64,000 nucleotides of DNA from an uncultured Actinomycetes bacterium (GTDB lineage: Bacteria > Actinomycetota > UBA4738 > HRBIN12). The DNA lies in the NCBI GenBank assembly GCA_963704725.1, contig OY969934.1:448001-512000 (forward strand). The letters run 5' to 3'. The number at the start of each line of letters is the position of its first letter. Position 1 is the stretch's first letter. This document shows, in pieces, positions 20,190 through 30,604 of this stretch. The notes under the pieces were generated by a model that had not been told where the DNA came from, ran no database searches, and worked only from the letters and a program-made list of their open reading frames with translations. Both the position numbers and the translations under genes were made by a program.

Positions 20190-21629
20190 ATGACGACGGA
20201 GCTGCTGGTGCTGGGGGGCGAGCGGAAGCCGGCGGCGGACGGCGCGACGTTCGAGGTGACCGAGCCCGGTACGGGCGCGCCGATGGCCACGGTCGCCGAG
20301 GCCGGGGCGGAGGACGCGAGGCGGGCGGTCGACGTCGCGGCCCGTGCCTTCGAAGAGGGGGCGTGGCGCCGGATGAGCGCCACCGAGCGCGGCCGCATCC
20401 TGCTGCGCGCCTCGGTCCTGGTCCATGAGCGGCTCGAGGCCTTCGCCGCCGTCGAGTCCCGCAACGCCGGCAAGCCGATCACGTCCGCGCGCGGCGAGAT
20501 GGGGACCGTCGCCGCCGTCCTCGAGTACTGGGGCGGCGCCGCGAACAAGATCTTCGGCGAGACGATCCCGGTGCAGGACGCCGGCCTCGACATCACCCTG
20601 CGCGAGCCCGTCGGCGTGTGCGCCCTCATCACGCCGTGGAACTTCCCGCTCGTGATCGCGTCGTGGAAGATCGGGCCGGCTCTGGCGTGCGGCAACGCGA
20701 TCGTGGTGAAGCCCGCGACCTACACGCCGCTGAGCGTGTTGATGCTCGCGGACCTGCTGGTCGAGGCGGGCGTGCCGGCGGAGACGATCAGCGTCCTGCC
20801 CGGTCCGGGTTCGACCGCGGGGACCGCGCTCGTGACCGACCCGCGCGTGGCGAAGGTCGGGTTCACCGGCTCGACGGCCGTCGGCGCGCAGATCATGCGT
20901 CAGTGCGCCGACTCGATCACCCGCGTCTCGCTCGAGCTCGGCGGCAAGTCGGCGAACGTGGTGTTCGCGGACGCCGACCTGGACGTGTGCGTCGAGCGCT
21001 CGATGTGGTCGATCTTCGACAACACCGGCCAGGACTGCACGTCCCGCTCACGGATGTTCGTCGAGCGGCCGGTGTACGACGAGTTCGTCGAACGCATCGC
21101 CAAGCGGACGGCCGAGCTTCGCGTCGGCCGCCCGGAGGACGAGGGGACCGATCTCGGCCCGATGATCTCGGCCAGTCAGCGCCAGACCTCGCTGGACTAC
21201 ATCGGGATCGGACTGGAGGAGGGGGCTCGTCTGGTCACGGGGGGCGACGTCCCTGCCGACCCGCCCGCGGGGTTCTACCTGCGGCCGGCCGTCCTCGCCG
21301 ACGTCGACAACGCGTGGCGCGTGGCGCAGGAGGAGATCTTCGGGCCGGTGGCGTGCGTCATGCCGTTCGACACCGAGGACGAGGCCGTCCGGCTCGCGAA
21401 CGACACTCCCTACGGATTGTCCGGCTCGATCTGGACGCGCGATCTCGGCCGGGCGATCCGGGTGGCCAAGGGCATCCGCACGGGCGTCCTGTCGGTCAAC
21501 AGCGCCCACAGCGTGCACACGGAGGCGCCGTTCGGCGGCTACAAGCAGAGCGGGATGGGTCGCGAGATGGGGATGCACGCCGTGAACCTGTACACCGAGG
21601 TCAAGAACGTGTTCTTCGCGCAGGGGTGA
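20190..21629 (+). CDS. Aldehyde dehydrogenase (PuuC/betaine-aldehyde-like)
   Basis: TPWNFP, FTGST, LELGGKS, NTGQDC (catalytic Cys), EEIFGPV, PFGGYKQSG; GGAGGAG RBS. Confidence 0.93.
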   Translation: MTTELLVLGGERKPAADGATFEVTEPGTGAPMATVAEAGAEDARRAVDVAARAFEEGAWRRMSATERGRILLRASVLVHERLEAFAAVESRNAGKPITSARGEMGTVAAVLEYWGGAANKIFGETIPVQDAGLDITLREPVGVCALITPWNFPLVIASWKIGPALACGNAIVVKPATYTPLSVLMLADLLVEAGVPAETISVLPGPGSTAGTALVTDPRVAKVGFTGSTAVGAQIMRQCADSITRVSLELGGKSANVVFADADLDVCVERSMWSIFDNTGQDCTSRSRMFVERPVYDEFVERIAKRTAELRVGRPEDEGTDLGPMISASQRQTSLDYIGIGLEEGARLVTGGDVPADPPAGFYLRPAVLADVDNAWRVAQEEIFGPVACVMPFDTEDEAVRLANDTPYGLSGSIWTRDLGRAIRVAKGIRTGVLSVNSAHSVHTEAPFGGYKQSGMGREMGMHAVNLYTEVKNVFFAQG

Positions 21630-21633
21630 GTCG

Positions 21634-22641
21634 ATGGGTGACTGGCGTCGCGCGCTCCGCAGCGATCCGACGCCCTGGCTCCTCGAACGCGACACGCCGG
21701 CCGTCCGGCATCTCGCGCTTCGCGCCCTGCTCGACGAGCCGGTGGACGCGCCCGCCGTGCGGCGCGCCCGCGCCGCCGCGATGCGAGTCCCGCCGATCGC
21801 ACCGATCCTGGAACACCAGCACGACGCGGGCTTCTGGGACAAGCCCGGCGCCGGGTACGGCCGGAAGTACACCGGGACCGTGTGGTCGATCATCTTCCTG
21901 AATCAGATGGGGGCCGACGGCCGCGACCCGCGGATCGTCCGTGCCTGCGAGTACGTCTTCGACCACACGCAGACGGACAACGGTGGTTTCGGCATCTCGG
22001 GGGCCCTCTCGGAACGCCCCCCGCCTCCCTCCGCCGTGTACCACTGTCTCAACGGCAACCTGCTCCGCGCGATGATCGACTTCGGGTGGCTCGACGATCC
22101 GCGCGTCGGCCGGGCGATCGAGTGGCAGGCCCGGTCGATCACGGGCGAAGGGTTCGACGGCTTCTACCGATCCGGAACCACGTCGGCGGGCTTCGGCTGC
22201 GCGGTGAACGGGGCGAACCCGTGCCCGTGGGGCGCGATCAAGGCCCTGCGCGCGCTCGCGGTGATCCCGACACGGCGCCGTGCTCCGCACGTTCGGCGAG
22301 CCGTCGAGGTCGGCGTCGGGTTCCTCCTGTCCCGGGACCCGGCCATCGCCGACTATCCGACGGGGACGAGCGTGAGCTCCTCGTGGTTCAAGCTCGGGTT
22401 CCCCTCCGGATACGTGGCGGACGTCCTGCAGAACCTCGAGGTCCTGTCCGAGCTCGGCCGGGCGAGGGACCCGCGGCTCGAGCCCGCCACCGAGTGGCTC
22501 CTGTCGCAGCAGGACGCTTGCGGACGGTGGTCCAACCGGTATCCGTACTCGGGCAAGCTCTGGTCCGAGGTCGATCGGCCGGGCGCGCCGAGCAAGTGGG
22601 TCACCCTTCGGGCCTGCGCGTTCCTCAAACGAACCCTCTGA
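21634..22641 (+). CDS. Prenyltransferase/squalene-cyclase-repeat (alpha/alpha toroid) protein of unknown function
   Basis: QW-type repeats ILEHQHDAGFW, VFDHTQTDNGGF and LLSQQDACGRW; C-terminal PSKWVTL. Confidence 0.65.
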   Translation: MGDWRRALRSDPTPWLLERDTPAVRHLALRALLDEPVDAPAVRRARAAAMRVPPIAPILEHQHDAGFWDKPGAGYGRKYTGTVWSIIFLNQMGADGRDPRIVRACEYVFDHTQTDNGGFGISGALSERPPPPSAVYHCLNGNLLRAMIDFGWLDDPRVGRAIEWQARSITGEGFDGFYRSGTTSAGFGCAVNGANPCPWGAIKALRALAVIPTRRRAPHVRRAVEVGVGFLLSRDPAIADYPTGTSVSSSWFKLGFPSGYVADVLQNLEVLSELGRARDPRLEPATEWLLSQQDACGRWSNRYPYSGKLWSEVDRPGAPSKWVTLRACAFLKRTL

Positions 22642-22644
22642 CGC

Positions 22645-22666
22645 GGGAGCCGCCCGACCGGCTCCC
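22645..22666. terminator. Hairpin between convergent genes
   Basis: GGGAGCCG-cccgac-CGGCTCCC directly after the 22641 stop. Confidence 0.5.
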
Positions 22667-22688
22667 ACGCCGAGAGCTTCCCGACTCC

Positions 22689-24137
22689 CTACGCGGCCTC
22701 CACCCGGTGCCCGCAGGCGGGGCAGAACCGGGCGTCGGCCTGGAGGTCGTGGCCGCAGTTGGAGCAGAAGTGCGCCGCAGCCGGCGAATCGACGGCGCGG
22801 AGCGACGGAGCCCCGGGCGAGACCGGCACCTGCGGTGCCGCGGGCATCGTCACCGCCACGGCTGGGGCGACGGGCGCTGGCCTCCGGCGCGCCAGCACGA
22901 ACACCAGGCCCAGCAGGACGACGGCTCCGATCGCGATGACGCCGATGGCCCAGACGGGGAAGCCGCCCTCACTCGTCTCGGGCTGCGCGACGACGTCACC
23001 GCCCGCGGGCTCGACGGCCGACGGGCTCGGGTTCGACGCGGCGAGCTGCGACGCCTTGACCCGGTACTCCTGGGCGAGCTGGTGCGTCGGCGAGAGCGAG
23101 AGCACCTCGTCGAATCGCTCGATCGCCCCCTGGGCGTCGCCGGCGAAGTAGGCGTCGAGGCCCGCTCGGTACGCCTCGTCGACCGGCCCCAGCTCGTTCG
23201 CGACGCCGTTCTGCGCGAGCATCTCCGTGACGAGCGAGACGGGGCTGATGAAGTTGAACGCCTCGGTCTCGCCGCTGATGTTGAAGCTGTTCACGCCCAC
23301 GATGTCGCCGTCGAGGTTCGCGGTCGGCCCGCCGCTCATCCCACCCGAGAGCGCGGCGCTCATCTCGTAGACGGGAAGCAGGCCACCCTCGCGGGTCTTC
23401 TCCGAGTTGATCTGGCCGTCCTTGTAGGTGGGCTCGAGGGTCTGATCGGTGACGGCGTCGCTGGATCCCGGATACCCGATCGACAGCACGTCGGTGCCGA
23501 TCGTCACCTCGGACTCCGGCGCGAGGAGCACGGTCGGGGTGTCGGCCTGCTCCACCTTGACGATCGCGATGTCGCCCTGGCTCCAGGGCTGGTAGTTCAC
23601 GACCCGGGCGGGAAGGGCCTCTCCGGTCCGCAGGCCGCCGGCCGCCACGCCCCGCTGGACCCACATCTCGAAGTCCGGCTGGGAGCCGCGCTCGGTGCCC
23701 TCGACGCCCCAGGTCAGGTGGGCCTCGTTCAGCCAGAAGTCGAAGTCGTCCTGGAAGATCCAGCCATCGTCGATCAACCACTGGACGGCGAGCTCCAGGG
23801 CCGTCGAGCGGGCCCCCTCCTCGCCGAGGTCCACGCAGTGACCGGCCGTCACGAGATACCCGTCGGGGTTGACGGCGAAGGCGCTGCACCGGGTGCCCCA
23901 TTCGAACGCGTTGCCGTCGTTGACGTATCCCTGGAAGTTGAGCTGGGAGCTCGCGGGGACGCGCACCCACGCCGTGAAGTACTGCTCGGTGTAGAACATC
24001 GCGGGCCGGGCGATCGCCGCCGCCCGCTCCTCGGGTGTGCCGACGGTCGTCGTCTGGGCGGCCGCGGTGGGCGCGAGAAACGCGAGCAGGACCGCTGCCG
24101 AGACGAACGCGAATGCCATCGGGACGCGCCGGCTCAT
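22689..24137 (-). CDS. Membrane-anchored trypsin-like (S1) serine protease with C-terminal zinc ribbon
   Basis: Signal peptide; triad TAGHC / GDIAIVKV / GMSGGP; TPR-like helix pair; TM; FCSNCG..ARFCPACG. Confidence 0.88.
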   Translation of the reverse strand: MSRRVPMAFAFVSAAVLLAFLAPTAAAQTTTVGTPEERAAAIARPAMFYTEQYFTAWVRVPASSQLNFQGYVNDGNAFEWGTRCSAFAVNPDGYLVTAGHCVDLGEEGARSTALELAVQWLIDDGWIFQDDFDFWLNEAHLTWGVEGTERGSQPDFEMWVQRGVAAGGLRTGEALPARVVNYQPWSQGDIAIVKVEQADTPTVLLAPESEVTIGTDVLSIGYPGSSDAVTDQTLEPTYKDGQINSEKTREGGLLPVYEMSAALSGGMSGGPTANLDGDIVGVNSFNISGETEAFNFISPVSLVTEMLAQNGVANELGPVDEAYRAGLDAYFAGDAQGAIERFDEVLSLSPTHQLAQEYRVKASQLAASNPSPSAVEPAGGDVVAQPETSEGGFPVWAIGVIAIGAVVLLGLVFVLARRRPAPVAPAVAVTMPAAPQVPVSPGAPSLRAVDSPAAAHFCSNCGHDLQADARFCPACGHRVEAA

Positions 24138-24278
24138 TCGGGGACCCCCTTTTCGGTTCGGATGCTCAGGGCAGAGATATCGGCACATCCGCATCGGACC
24201 TAAGGAGTCAGGGCCGATGGGCACGCCGGCGCCCCAGCCTCCGACCGGGCGCACACGAGTTGGTAGGCTCGGCAGGCG

Positions 24279-24812
24279 ATGGAGCTGCCCGAAGAGCTGG
24301 CCGGCCGGCCGCCGCGCAAGCAGGGCCACGAGGCCACGGCGACGCTCACGCTCGACGCCTACCTACGGCTGAAGGGCGAGCTCGACGAGCTGAGGGGCGC
24401 CGGCCGCACCCACATCTCGGAGCGCCTCAAGGCCGCGCGCGAGCACGGCGACATCAGGGAGAACGCCGAGTACGACGCCGCGAAGAACGAGCAGGGCCTC
24501 ATGGAGTCGCGCATCCGGAACCTCGAGCGGATGCTCCGCGATCCGGACATCGTCGAGGCCCCGGCGGCCTCCGAGGTCGTGACGGCCGGGATGCTCGTCA
24601 CGCTCCGGCCGCTGGAGGAGGACGACCCGGAGGAGGAGGTCTACCTCCTGGCCGAGTCGGCCGAGGAGCGGGCTCCCGGGGTTCGGACGATCACGACCAC
24701 CTCGCCGCTCGGCAGCACCATCCTCGGCGCCCGCGTCGACGACGAGATCGATTACCAGGCCCCGGGTGGGACGTTCCGCTACGTCGTCGTCGCGCTCGAG
24801 CCCCGGAGCTGA
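24279..24812 (+). CDS. greA: Transcription elongation factor GreA
   Basis: AREHGDIRENAEYDAAK; SPLGSTILG; APGG. Confidence 0.9.
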   Translation: MELPEELAGRPPRKQGHEATATLTLDAYLRLKGELDELRGAGRTHISERLKAAREHGDIRENAEYDAAKNEQGLMESRIRNLERMLRDPDIVEAPAASEVVTAGMLVTLRPLEEDDPEEEVYLLAESAEERAPGVRTITTTSPLGSTILGARVDDEIDYQAPGGTFRYVVVALEPRS

Positions 24813-24855
24813 GGTGCGCCGGCGCGGCCGGCGCCGGAGCGCTAGCCTCGCGTCG

Positions 24856-25560
24856 ATGGACGAGCATCGGGCGACAGGAGCAGACCCGAAGGCCACCGAG
24901 GAGCGATCGCGCGTTCGCGACATGCCCGCGCCACGGCAGGCCACGGGGCTCGCCGCCAAGCCGATGCGGTGGGTCTTCACGTGGCCGTACCGGGTCGTCC
25001 TGGCCGGCGTCTACCGGGCCGGGTTCCTCCCGTGGCAGCTCACGCTGCTGGCCCTGGCGACGAACGCGTGGGTCGGGGTCCTGCTCCTGCGCGGCGACCG
25101 GCTCGTGCCCGGGCTGCTCCTCATCCCGGCCGGCCTCCTGGACGTCCTGGACGGCGCGGTGGCCCGCCTGCGAGGGCAGGAGAGCCGGCTGGGGGCGTTC
25201 CTGGACTCGGTCCTGGATCGCGTGGGCGATCTCATCCTGTTCGGGTGTCTCTACTGGTCGCTTGCGGGCCAGGGGCGGCGGCTGGAGGCCGGCCTGGCGC
25301 TCGCGACGATGGTGATCGCCTTGACGGTGAGCCATATCCGGGCCGAGGCCGAGGCCGCCGGGGTCACGCTGACCGAGGGGTTCTTCCAGCGCCTCGAGCG
25401 GTACGTGGCAATGATGATCGGCCTCCCCGTGCCGGGGGCCCTGCTCCCGGCGCTCGCCGTGCTGACGGTGCTCGGCGGCGCGACGGTCCTGCAGCGAGGG
25501 TGGACCGGCCTGGTGCGGGTTCCGTCCGCGTTCGCCCCTCGGCCGCCGCGTTCCACGTGA
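24856..25560 (+). CDS. CDP-alcohol phosphatidyltransferase (PIP-synthase-like)
   Basis: Signature DVLDGAVAR...GAFLDSVLDRVGD; RAEA, QRLER. Confidence 0.88.
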   Translation: MDEHRATGADPKATEERSRVRDMPAPRQATGLAAKPMRWVFTWPYRVVLAGVYRAGFLPWQLTLLALATNAWVGVLLLRGDRLVPGLLLIPAGLLDVLDGAVARLRGQESRLGAFLDSVLDRVGDLILFGCLYWSLAGQGRRLEAGLALATMVIALTVSHIRAEAEAAGVTLTEGFFQRLERYVAMMIGLPVPGALLPALAVLTVLGGATVLQRGWTGLVRVPSAFAPRPPRST

Positions 25561-25602
25561 TACGGGAAGATGGATCGGAGATCGCCGAGCCGGGACGAGA
25601 CC

Positions 25603-25932
25603 ATGAAGGACGGCTTCCAACGGATCGCATCGCTCGCGGAGGTGCCGGAGGGCGAGGTCCGCGCGTACGACCTTCCGGGTGCGCGCGTCGCCGTGGTGCA
25701 CGTGGAGCAGGAGCTCTTCGCGATCGCGGACGAGTGCCCGCACGACCAGAGCTCGCTGGCCGAGGGTGAGCTCGGCCGCGACGAGGACTCCGTGATCTGC
25801 CCCGGCGACGGGAGCGAGTTCGACCTGCGCACCGGCGAACCGCTCGAGGGACCGGCCGTCGACCCCATCCCGCTCTTCGCCGTCCGCGAGCGGGACGGCT
25901 GGATCGAGATCGGCCCGGCGACGGAGGCGTGA
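25603..25932 (+). CDS. Rieske-type [2Fe-2S] ferredoxin with atypical second ligand box
   Basis: FAIADECPH..SLAEG...ICPGDGSEFDLRTG; the second His is replaced by Asp. Confidence 0.8.
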   Translation: MKDGFQRIASLAEVPEGEVRAYDLPGARVAVVHVEQELFAIADECPHDQSSLAEGELGRDEDSVICPGDGSEFDLRTGEPLEGPAVDPIPLFAVRERDGWIEIGPATEA

Positions 25933-27404
25933 TGGCGGCCGAGCTCGAACCCCAGGCGATCGTGATCTTCGGCGCGACGGGCGACCTGACCAAGCGCAAG
26001 CTCCTGCCCGCCTTCTACCACCTGTTCCTGCGGGGGCGCCTTCCCCGCGAGTTCGCCATCGTCGGCTACGCGCGGAGCCAGCGGACCGACCAGGAGTTCA
26101 TCGAGGAGGCGCGAGACCACATCGCGCGGTTCTCGCCGCACGCGCCGGAGGGAGAGGCGTGGGCGGAGTTCTCGCGGCGCCTGTCCTACCTGGCCGGTGA
26201 GTTCGACGCGCCGAAGGCGATGAAGGGGCTCGTCGAGCATCTCGACCGCGTCGACGAACGGCACGGCACGCGAGGCGGACGGTTCTTCTACGCGGCCACG
26301 CCTCCCGCCGCGTACCCCGACATCGTGCACCAACTCGGCGAGGTGGGGCTGCACCGGGACGCGAAGGTCGTGTTCGAGAAGCCGTTCGGCCGGGATCTGG
26401 CCTCCGCCATGGAGCTGAACGCGACGATGCACGAGGTCTTCGAGGAGCGGCAGGTCTACCGGATCGACCACTACCTCGGCAAGGAGACCGTGCAGAACAT
26501 CCTGGCGTTCCGGTTCGCGAACGGCATGTTCGAGCCCGTGTGGAACCGCCGGTACATCGATCACGTACAGATCACCGTGGCCGAGTCGATCGGGATCGAG
26601 GGCAGGGGGGAGTTCTACGAACAGACCGGGAACATCCGCGACATGATCTCGACGCACCTGTTCCAGGTGATGACGTTCGTGGCCATGGAGCCCCCGGTCG
26701 CGTTCGAGCCGGATCTCCTTCGGGACGAGACCGTGAAGGCGCTGCGGGCCACGGAGGCATGCCGCCCCGACCGCGTGGTGCGTGGCCAGTACCGCGGGTA
26801 CCGACAGGAGGCGGGCGTCTCGGCCGAGTCCACCGTGGAGACGTTCTCGGCCATGGAGCTCCACGTCGACAACTGGCGATGGGCGGGCGTGCCGTTCTAC
26901 CTCCGCACGGGCAAGGGGCTGAAGGAGAAGATGAGCGAGATCACGCTCAAGTTCCGGCGGGTTCCCTTCAACGTCTTCAAGGAGACGGACTTCGCGAGCC
27001 GCAAGCGCGACCACCTGACGATCCGGGTCCAGCCGGACGAAGGCATCACGATCGCGTTCAACGCCAAGCGGCCGGGCCCGGGGATGCACCTCGACCGGGT
27101 GCGGATGGAGTTCGACTACGCCGAGGAGTACCCGAACCAGGAGATCGCCGACGCCTACGAGCTCCTGCTCCTCGAGGCTATGCGCGGCGACCATTCCCTG
27201 TTCATCCGTGAGGACGGCGTGGAGCGGGCGTGGCAGATCCTCCAGCCGGTGCTGGATCGGCCCTCGCCGGTCCGGCCGTACGACCAGGGGAGCTGGGGCC
27301 CCGCCGAGGCCGATGCCCTCATCGCGCCGCACCGGTGGCACGTATCCGGCGACGACGGATCGGCGGACGACGGTCTCTCCGCCGGCCACGACCTTCCTCC
27401 TTGA
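25932..27404 (+). CDS. zwf: Glucose-6-phosphate 1-dehydrogenase
   Basis: IFGATGDL, EKPFG, RIDHYLGKE, WAGVPFYLRTGK. Confidence 0.96.
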   Translation: MAAELEPQAIVIFGATGDLTKRKLLPAFYHLFLRGRLPREFAIVGYARSQRTDQEFIEEARDHIARFSPHAPEGEAWAEFSRRLSYLAGEFDAPKAMKGLVEHLDRVDERHGTRGGRFFYAATPPAAYPDIVHQLGEVGLHRDAKVVFEKPFGRDLASAMELNATMHEVFEERQVYRIDHYLGKETVQNILAFRFANGMFEPVWNRRYIDHVQITVAESIGIEGRGEFYEQTGNIRDMISTHLFQVMTFVAMEPPVAFEPDLLRDETVKALRATEACRPDRVVRGQYRGYRQEAGVSAESTVETFSAMELHVDNWRWAGVPFYLRTGKGLKEKMSEITLKFRRVPFNVFKETDFASRKRDHLTIRVQPDEGITIAFNAKRPGPGMHLDRVRMEFDYAEEYPNQEIADAYELLLLEAMRGDHSLFIREDGVERAWQILQPVLDRPSPVRPYDQGSWGPAEADALIAPHRWHVSGDDGSADDGLSAGHDLPP

Positions 27405-27466
27405 GCCGGCCCCCAGGCGGGCGGAGCGGTTAGGCTTCGCGCTCACTGCCCGAGGAGGGCCGCCAC

Positions 27467-28846
27467 ATGTCCGAGCGAACGCGCTTCGATCTCCCCTCCG
27501 ACCGCATCCCCCAGGCGTGGCAGAACCTCCTGCCGGTCATGGCAGCAGCGGGGGTTCCGCCACTCCCGCCGCTGCATCCGGGGACGAAGGAGCCGGTGAC
27601 CCCCGACCTGCTGGCGCCGCTGTTTCCCGAGGCGCTGATCCTGCAGGAGGTCTCGACCGAGGAATGGATCGACATCCCGGGCGAGGTCCTGGACGTCTAC
27701 CGGCTGTGGAGGCCGTCGCCGCTGTTCCGCGCCACCCGGCTGGAGCGCGCGCTCGACACGCCGGCGCGGATCTACGTCAAGTACGAGGGCGTCTCGCCCG
27801 CGGGCTCGCACAAGCCGAACACGGCCGTGGCGCAGGCGTTCTACAACAAGCAGGCGGGCGCCCGCCGCCTGTCGACCGAGACGGGCGCGGGACAGTGGGG
27901 GTCGTCGCTCGCGATGGCGTGCACGTTCTTCGACCTCGAGTGCCTCGTGTTCATGGTCAAGGCCTCATACGAGCAGAAGCCCTACCGCCGCATCTTCATG
28001 GAGACGTTCGGCGCCGAGGTCCGACCCTCGCCGACCTCGACGACGCAGGCGGGCAAGCGCGTCCTCGAGGCGCATCCGGACTCGACGGGGTCGCTCGGCA
28101 TCGCGATCAGCGAGGCGATCGAGATCGCCGCCACGAGCGAGGACACCAACTACTCCATCGGCTCGTGCCTCAACCACGTCCTGCTCCATCAGAGCGTGGC
28201 GGGGCTCGAGGCGAAGGAGCAGATGGAGATGGCCGGCGAGGTGCCGGACGTCGTCGTCGGCTGCGTCGGCGGCGGCTCCAACTACGGGGGGCTCTCCTAT
28301 CCGTTCATGGCGGGTCGCCTCCGCGGGGAGACGCCCGACATGCGGTTCCTGGCCACCGAGCCGGCGGCGTGCCCCACGCTCACCAAAGGGCGGTTCGCGT
28401 ACGACTTCGGCGACACGGCGCAGCTCACGCCGCTGCTCCCGATGTACACGCTGGGCCACGACTTCGTCCCGGCGCCGGTCCACGCCGGCGGCCTGCGCTA
28501 CCACGGTGACTCCCCGTCGCTGTCGCTCCTGGTGAAGAGCGGGCACATGGAGGCCGTCGCGTACACGCAGAACGAGGTGTTCGAGGCCGCAGTGCTGTTC
28601 GCGAAGACCCAGGGGATCGTGCCGGCTCCGGAGTCCGCGCACGCCATCCGCGGCGCCGTGAACGAGGCCGTCGCGGCGCGGGAGGCCGGTCGGGAACGCG
28701 TGATCCTCCTCGGCCTCTCCGGGCACGGGCACTTCGACATGCAGGCGTACGACGACTACCTGAACGGCCGCCTCCCGGAGGTGGAGTTCGACCCTGCGGA
28801 TCAGGAGGCGGCGCTGGCCGGCCTCCCCGATGTCCCGATCGGCTGA
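27467..28846 (+). CDS. trpB2: Tryptophan synthase beta chain-like PLP enzyme, TrpB2 type
   Basis: GSHKPNTA (PLP Lys), [49 protein letters not shown]. Confidence 0.92.
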   Translation: MSERTRFDLPSDRIPQAWQNLLPVMAAAGVPPLPPLHPGTKEPVTPDLLAPLFPEALILQEVSTEEWIDIPGEVLDVYRLWRPSPLFRATRLERALDTPARIYVKYEGVSPAGSHKPNTAVAQAFYNKQAGARRLSTETGAGQWGSSLAMACTFFDLECLVFMVKASYEQKPYRRIFMETFGAEVRPSPTSTTQAGKRVLEAHPDSTGSLGIAISEAIEIAATSEDTNYSIGSCLNHVLLHQSVAGLEAKEQMEMAGEVPDVVVGCVGGGSNYGGLSYPFMAGRLRGETPDMRFLATEPAACPTLTKGRFAYDFGDTAQLTPLLPMYTLGHDFVPAPVHAGGLRYHGDSPSLSLLVKSGHMEAVAYTQNEVFEAAVLFAKTQGIVPAPESAHAIRGAVNEAVAAREAGRERVILLGLSGHGHFDMQAYDDYLNGRLPEVEFDPADQEAALAGLPDVPIG

Positions 28847-29342
28847 GGTCTCCGTCCGGTCGCTCCGGCGCGACGATCTGGCGACGCTGAACCGCGAGCT
28901 CCCCACGTGGAGCTCGACCGAGTACGCGAGGCGGATGGCCGCGCAGGAGCGGGGCGAGCTGGTCCAGGCCATCGCGTGGGCCGGCGACGCACCCGTTGGG
29001 CGCGGCATGGTGCTCTTCCCCGCCCACGAGGAGTACTCGATCTCCTCGCTGCGCGAGCGCTGTGCCGAGGTCCGAGACGTCTTCGTGCCTGTGGAGCGGC
29101 GGCGGACGGGCGTTGGCCGGGCGGTGATGCGGGCGCTCGAGGACGCCGCCGCGGACCGGGGCGTTCGCCGCGTCGGCCTCACCGTCTCCGACTCTGAGGA
29201 CGCGGTGGCCGCCCGGGCGCTCTACGCCGGCCTCGGGTACACACGCGCGCACGGTCCCTTCATCACCAGCCGGTACCTCGAGGGTGACGATGGGCCGTTC
29301 CCGGTCTGCGCCGTCCTCGTCTACCTGACGAAGCAGGTGTAG
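28830..29342 (+). CDS. GNAT family N-acetyltransferase
   Basis: [17 protein letters not shown] acetyl-CoA motif; [10 protein letters not shown]. Confidence 0.82.
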   Translation: MSRSAEVSVRSLRRDDLATLNRELPTWSSTEYARRMAAQERGELVQAIAWAGDAPVGRGMVLFPAHEEYSISSLRERCAEVRDVFVPVERRRTGVGRAVMRALEDAAADRGVRRVGLTVSDSEDAVAARALYAGLGYTRAHGPFITSRYLEGDDGPFPVCAVLVYLTKQV

Positions 29343-29350
29343 GCGGACGC

Positions 29351-30604
29351 TCAGGGCTCGTTCGACACCTCGCGGAGCCGCCGCCGCAGGTACGCCGTCT
29401 CGCTCGGGTTGGTGGCGAGCTCGATCGCTCGCCCGTACGCTGCCGAGGCCTCGTCCCGCCGTCCCAGCCGGCGCAGGAGGTCGGCGCGGGCGGCATGGAA
29501 CAGGTGGTACCCGTCGAGCTCGCCGGCCAGCGCATCCATCAGCGCCAGCCCCCGCGCCGGGCCGTCGGCCATGGCGATGGCGACCGCCCGGTTGAGATCG
29601 ACCACGGGGGAGGGCGCGGTCTCGGCCAGCCGCCCGTAGAGCGCGGCGATCTGCGGCCAGTCGGTGTCCTCGGGCCGTGGCGCGCGAGCGTGCAGGGCGG
29701 CGATCGCGGCCTGGAGCTGGTACGGCCCCGCCCGTCGCGCCGCGATGGCGCGTTCGAGGGTGGCCAGCCCCTCATCGATCATGTCGTGATCCCACCCCGA
29801 GCGGTTCTGGTCCTCGAGCAGGACGAGCTCCCCTTCGGCGTCGGATCTCGTCTCGCGCCGCGAGTGCTGGAGCAGCATGAGGGCCAGGAGGCCGGCGGGC
29901 TCCGGCTCCGCCGGCATCAGCGCGGCGAGGACCCGGGCCATCCGGATGGCCTCGTCGCACAGCTCGGTGCGAAGGAGCGGGCCCGCCATCGCCGCGTACC
30001 CCTCGTTGAACACGAGATAGAGCACGGCCAGGACCCCGGGGAGCCGCTCGGGAAGCAGCTCCGCCGGGGGCACGCGATACGGGATCGCGGCCGCCCGGAT
30101 CTTTCGCTTGGCGCGGACGATCCGCTGCGCCATCGCCGGTTCGGCCACGAGGAAGGCCCGGGCGATCTCGCCGGTGGACAGCCCGCCCAGCGTCTTCAGC
30201 GTGAGGGCCACGCGAGCGTCCATCGGCAGCGCGGGGTGGCAGCACGTGAAGATCAGCCGGAGCCGGTCGTCGGGGATGCCGCTCACGTCGGTCTCGTCAC
30301 CTCCGAGCGCCTCGAGCGCGGCCAGGCGCTTCAGGGTCTCCGTGCGCTCGCGGAGGGCGCGCTCGCGCCGGAGGCGGTCGACGGCCCGGTTGCGCGCCGT
30401 GGTGGTGATCCAGGCCGCCGGGTTGTCGGGGACGCCCCGGCCGGGCCAGGACCGCAGGGCCTCGGCGAACGCTTCCTGCACTGCCTCCTCGGCCAGGTCG
30501 AAGTCCCCGAGGACGCGGATGAGGGTCGCGACCGCCCGCCCCCGCTCCTGCCGGAACAGCCGGTCGACGACGACGCGCGGGTCGATCCCTACTCCTCGCC
30601 CCAC
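29351..30604 (-). CDS. ECF sigma factor with C-terminal DUF6596/TPR extension (ECF42 group)
   Basis: [63 protein letters not shown]. Downstream of a DGPF gene; start approximate. Confidence 0.9.
   Translation of the reverse strand: MGRGVGIDPRVVVDRLFRQERGRAVATLIRVLGDFDLAEEAVQEAFAEALRSWPGRGVPDNPAAWITTTARNRAVDRLRRERALRERTETLKRLAALEALGGDETDVSGIPDDRLRLIFTCCHPALPMDARVALTLKTLGGLSTGEIARAFLVAEPAMAQRIVRAKRKIRAAAIPYRVPPAELLPERLPGVLAVLYLVFNEGYAAMAGPLLRTELCDEAIRMARVLAALMPAEPEPAGLLALMLLQHSRRETRSDAEGELVLLEDQNRSGWDHDMIDEGLATLERAIAARRAGPYQLQAAIAALHARAPRPEDTDWPQIAALYGRLAETAPSPVVDLNRAVAIAMADGPARGLALMDALAGELDGYHLFHAARADLLRRLGRRDEASAAYGRAIELATNPSETAYLRRRLREVSNEP

Noticed and set aside
27467-28846. trpB without trpA as a novelty
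   Set aside because: Stand-alone TrpB2 genes are well known.
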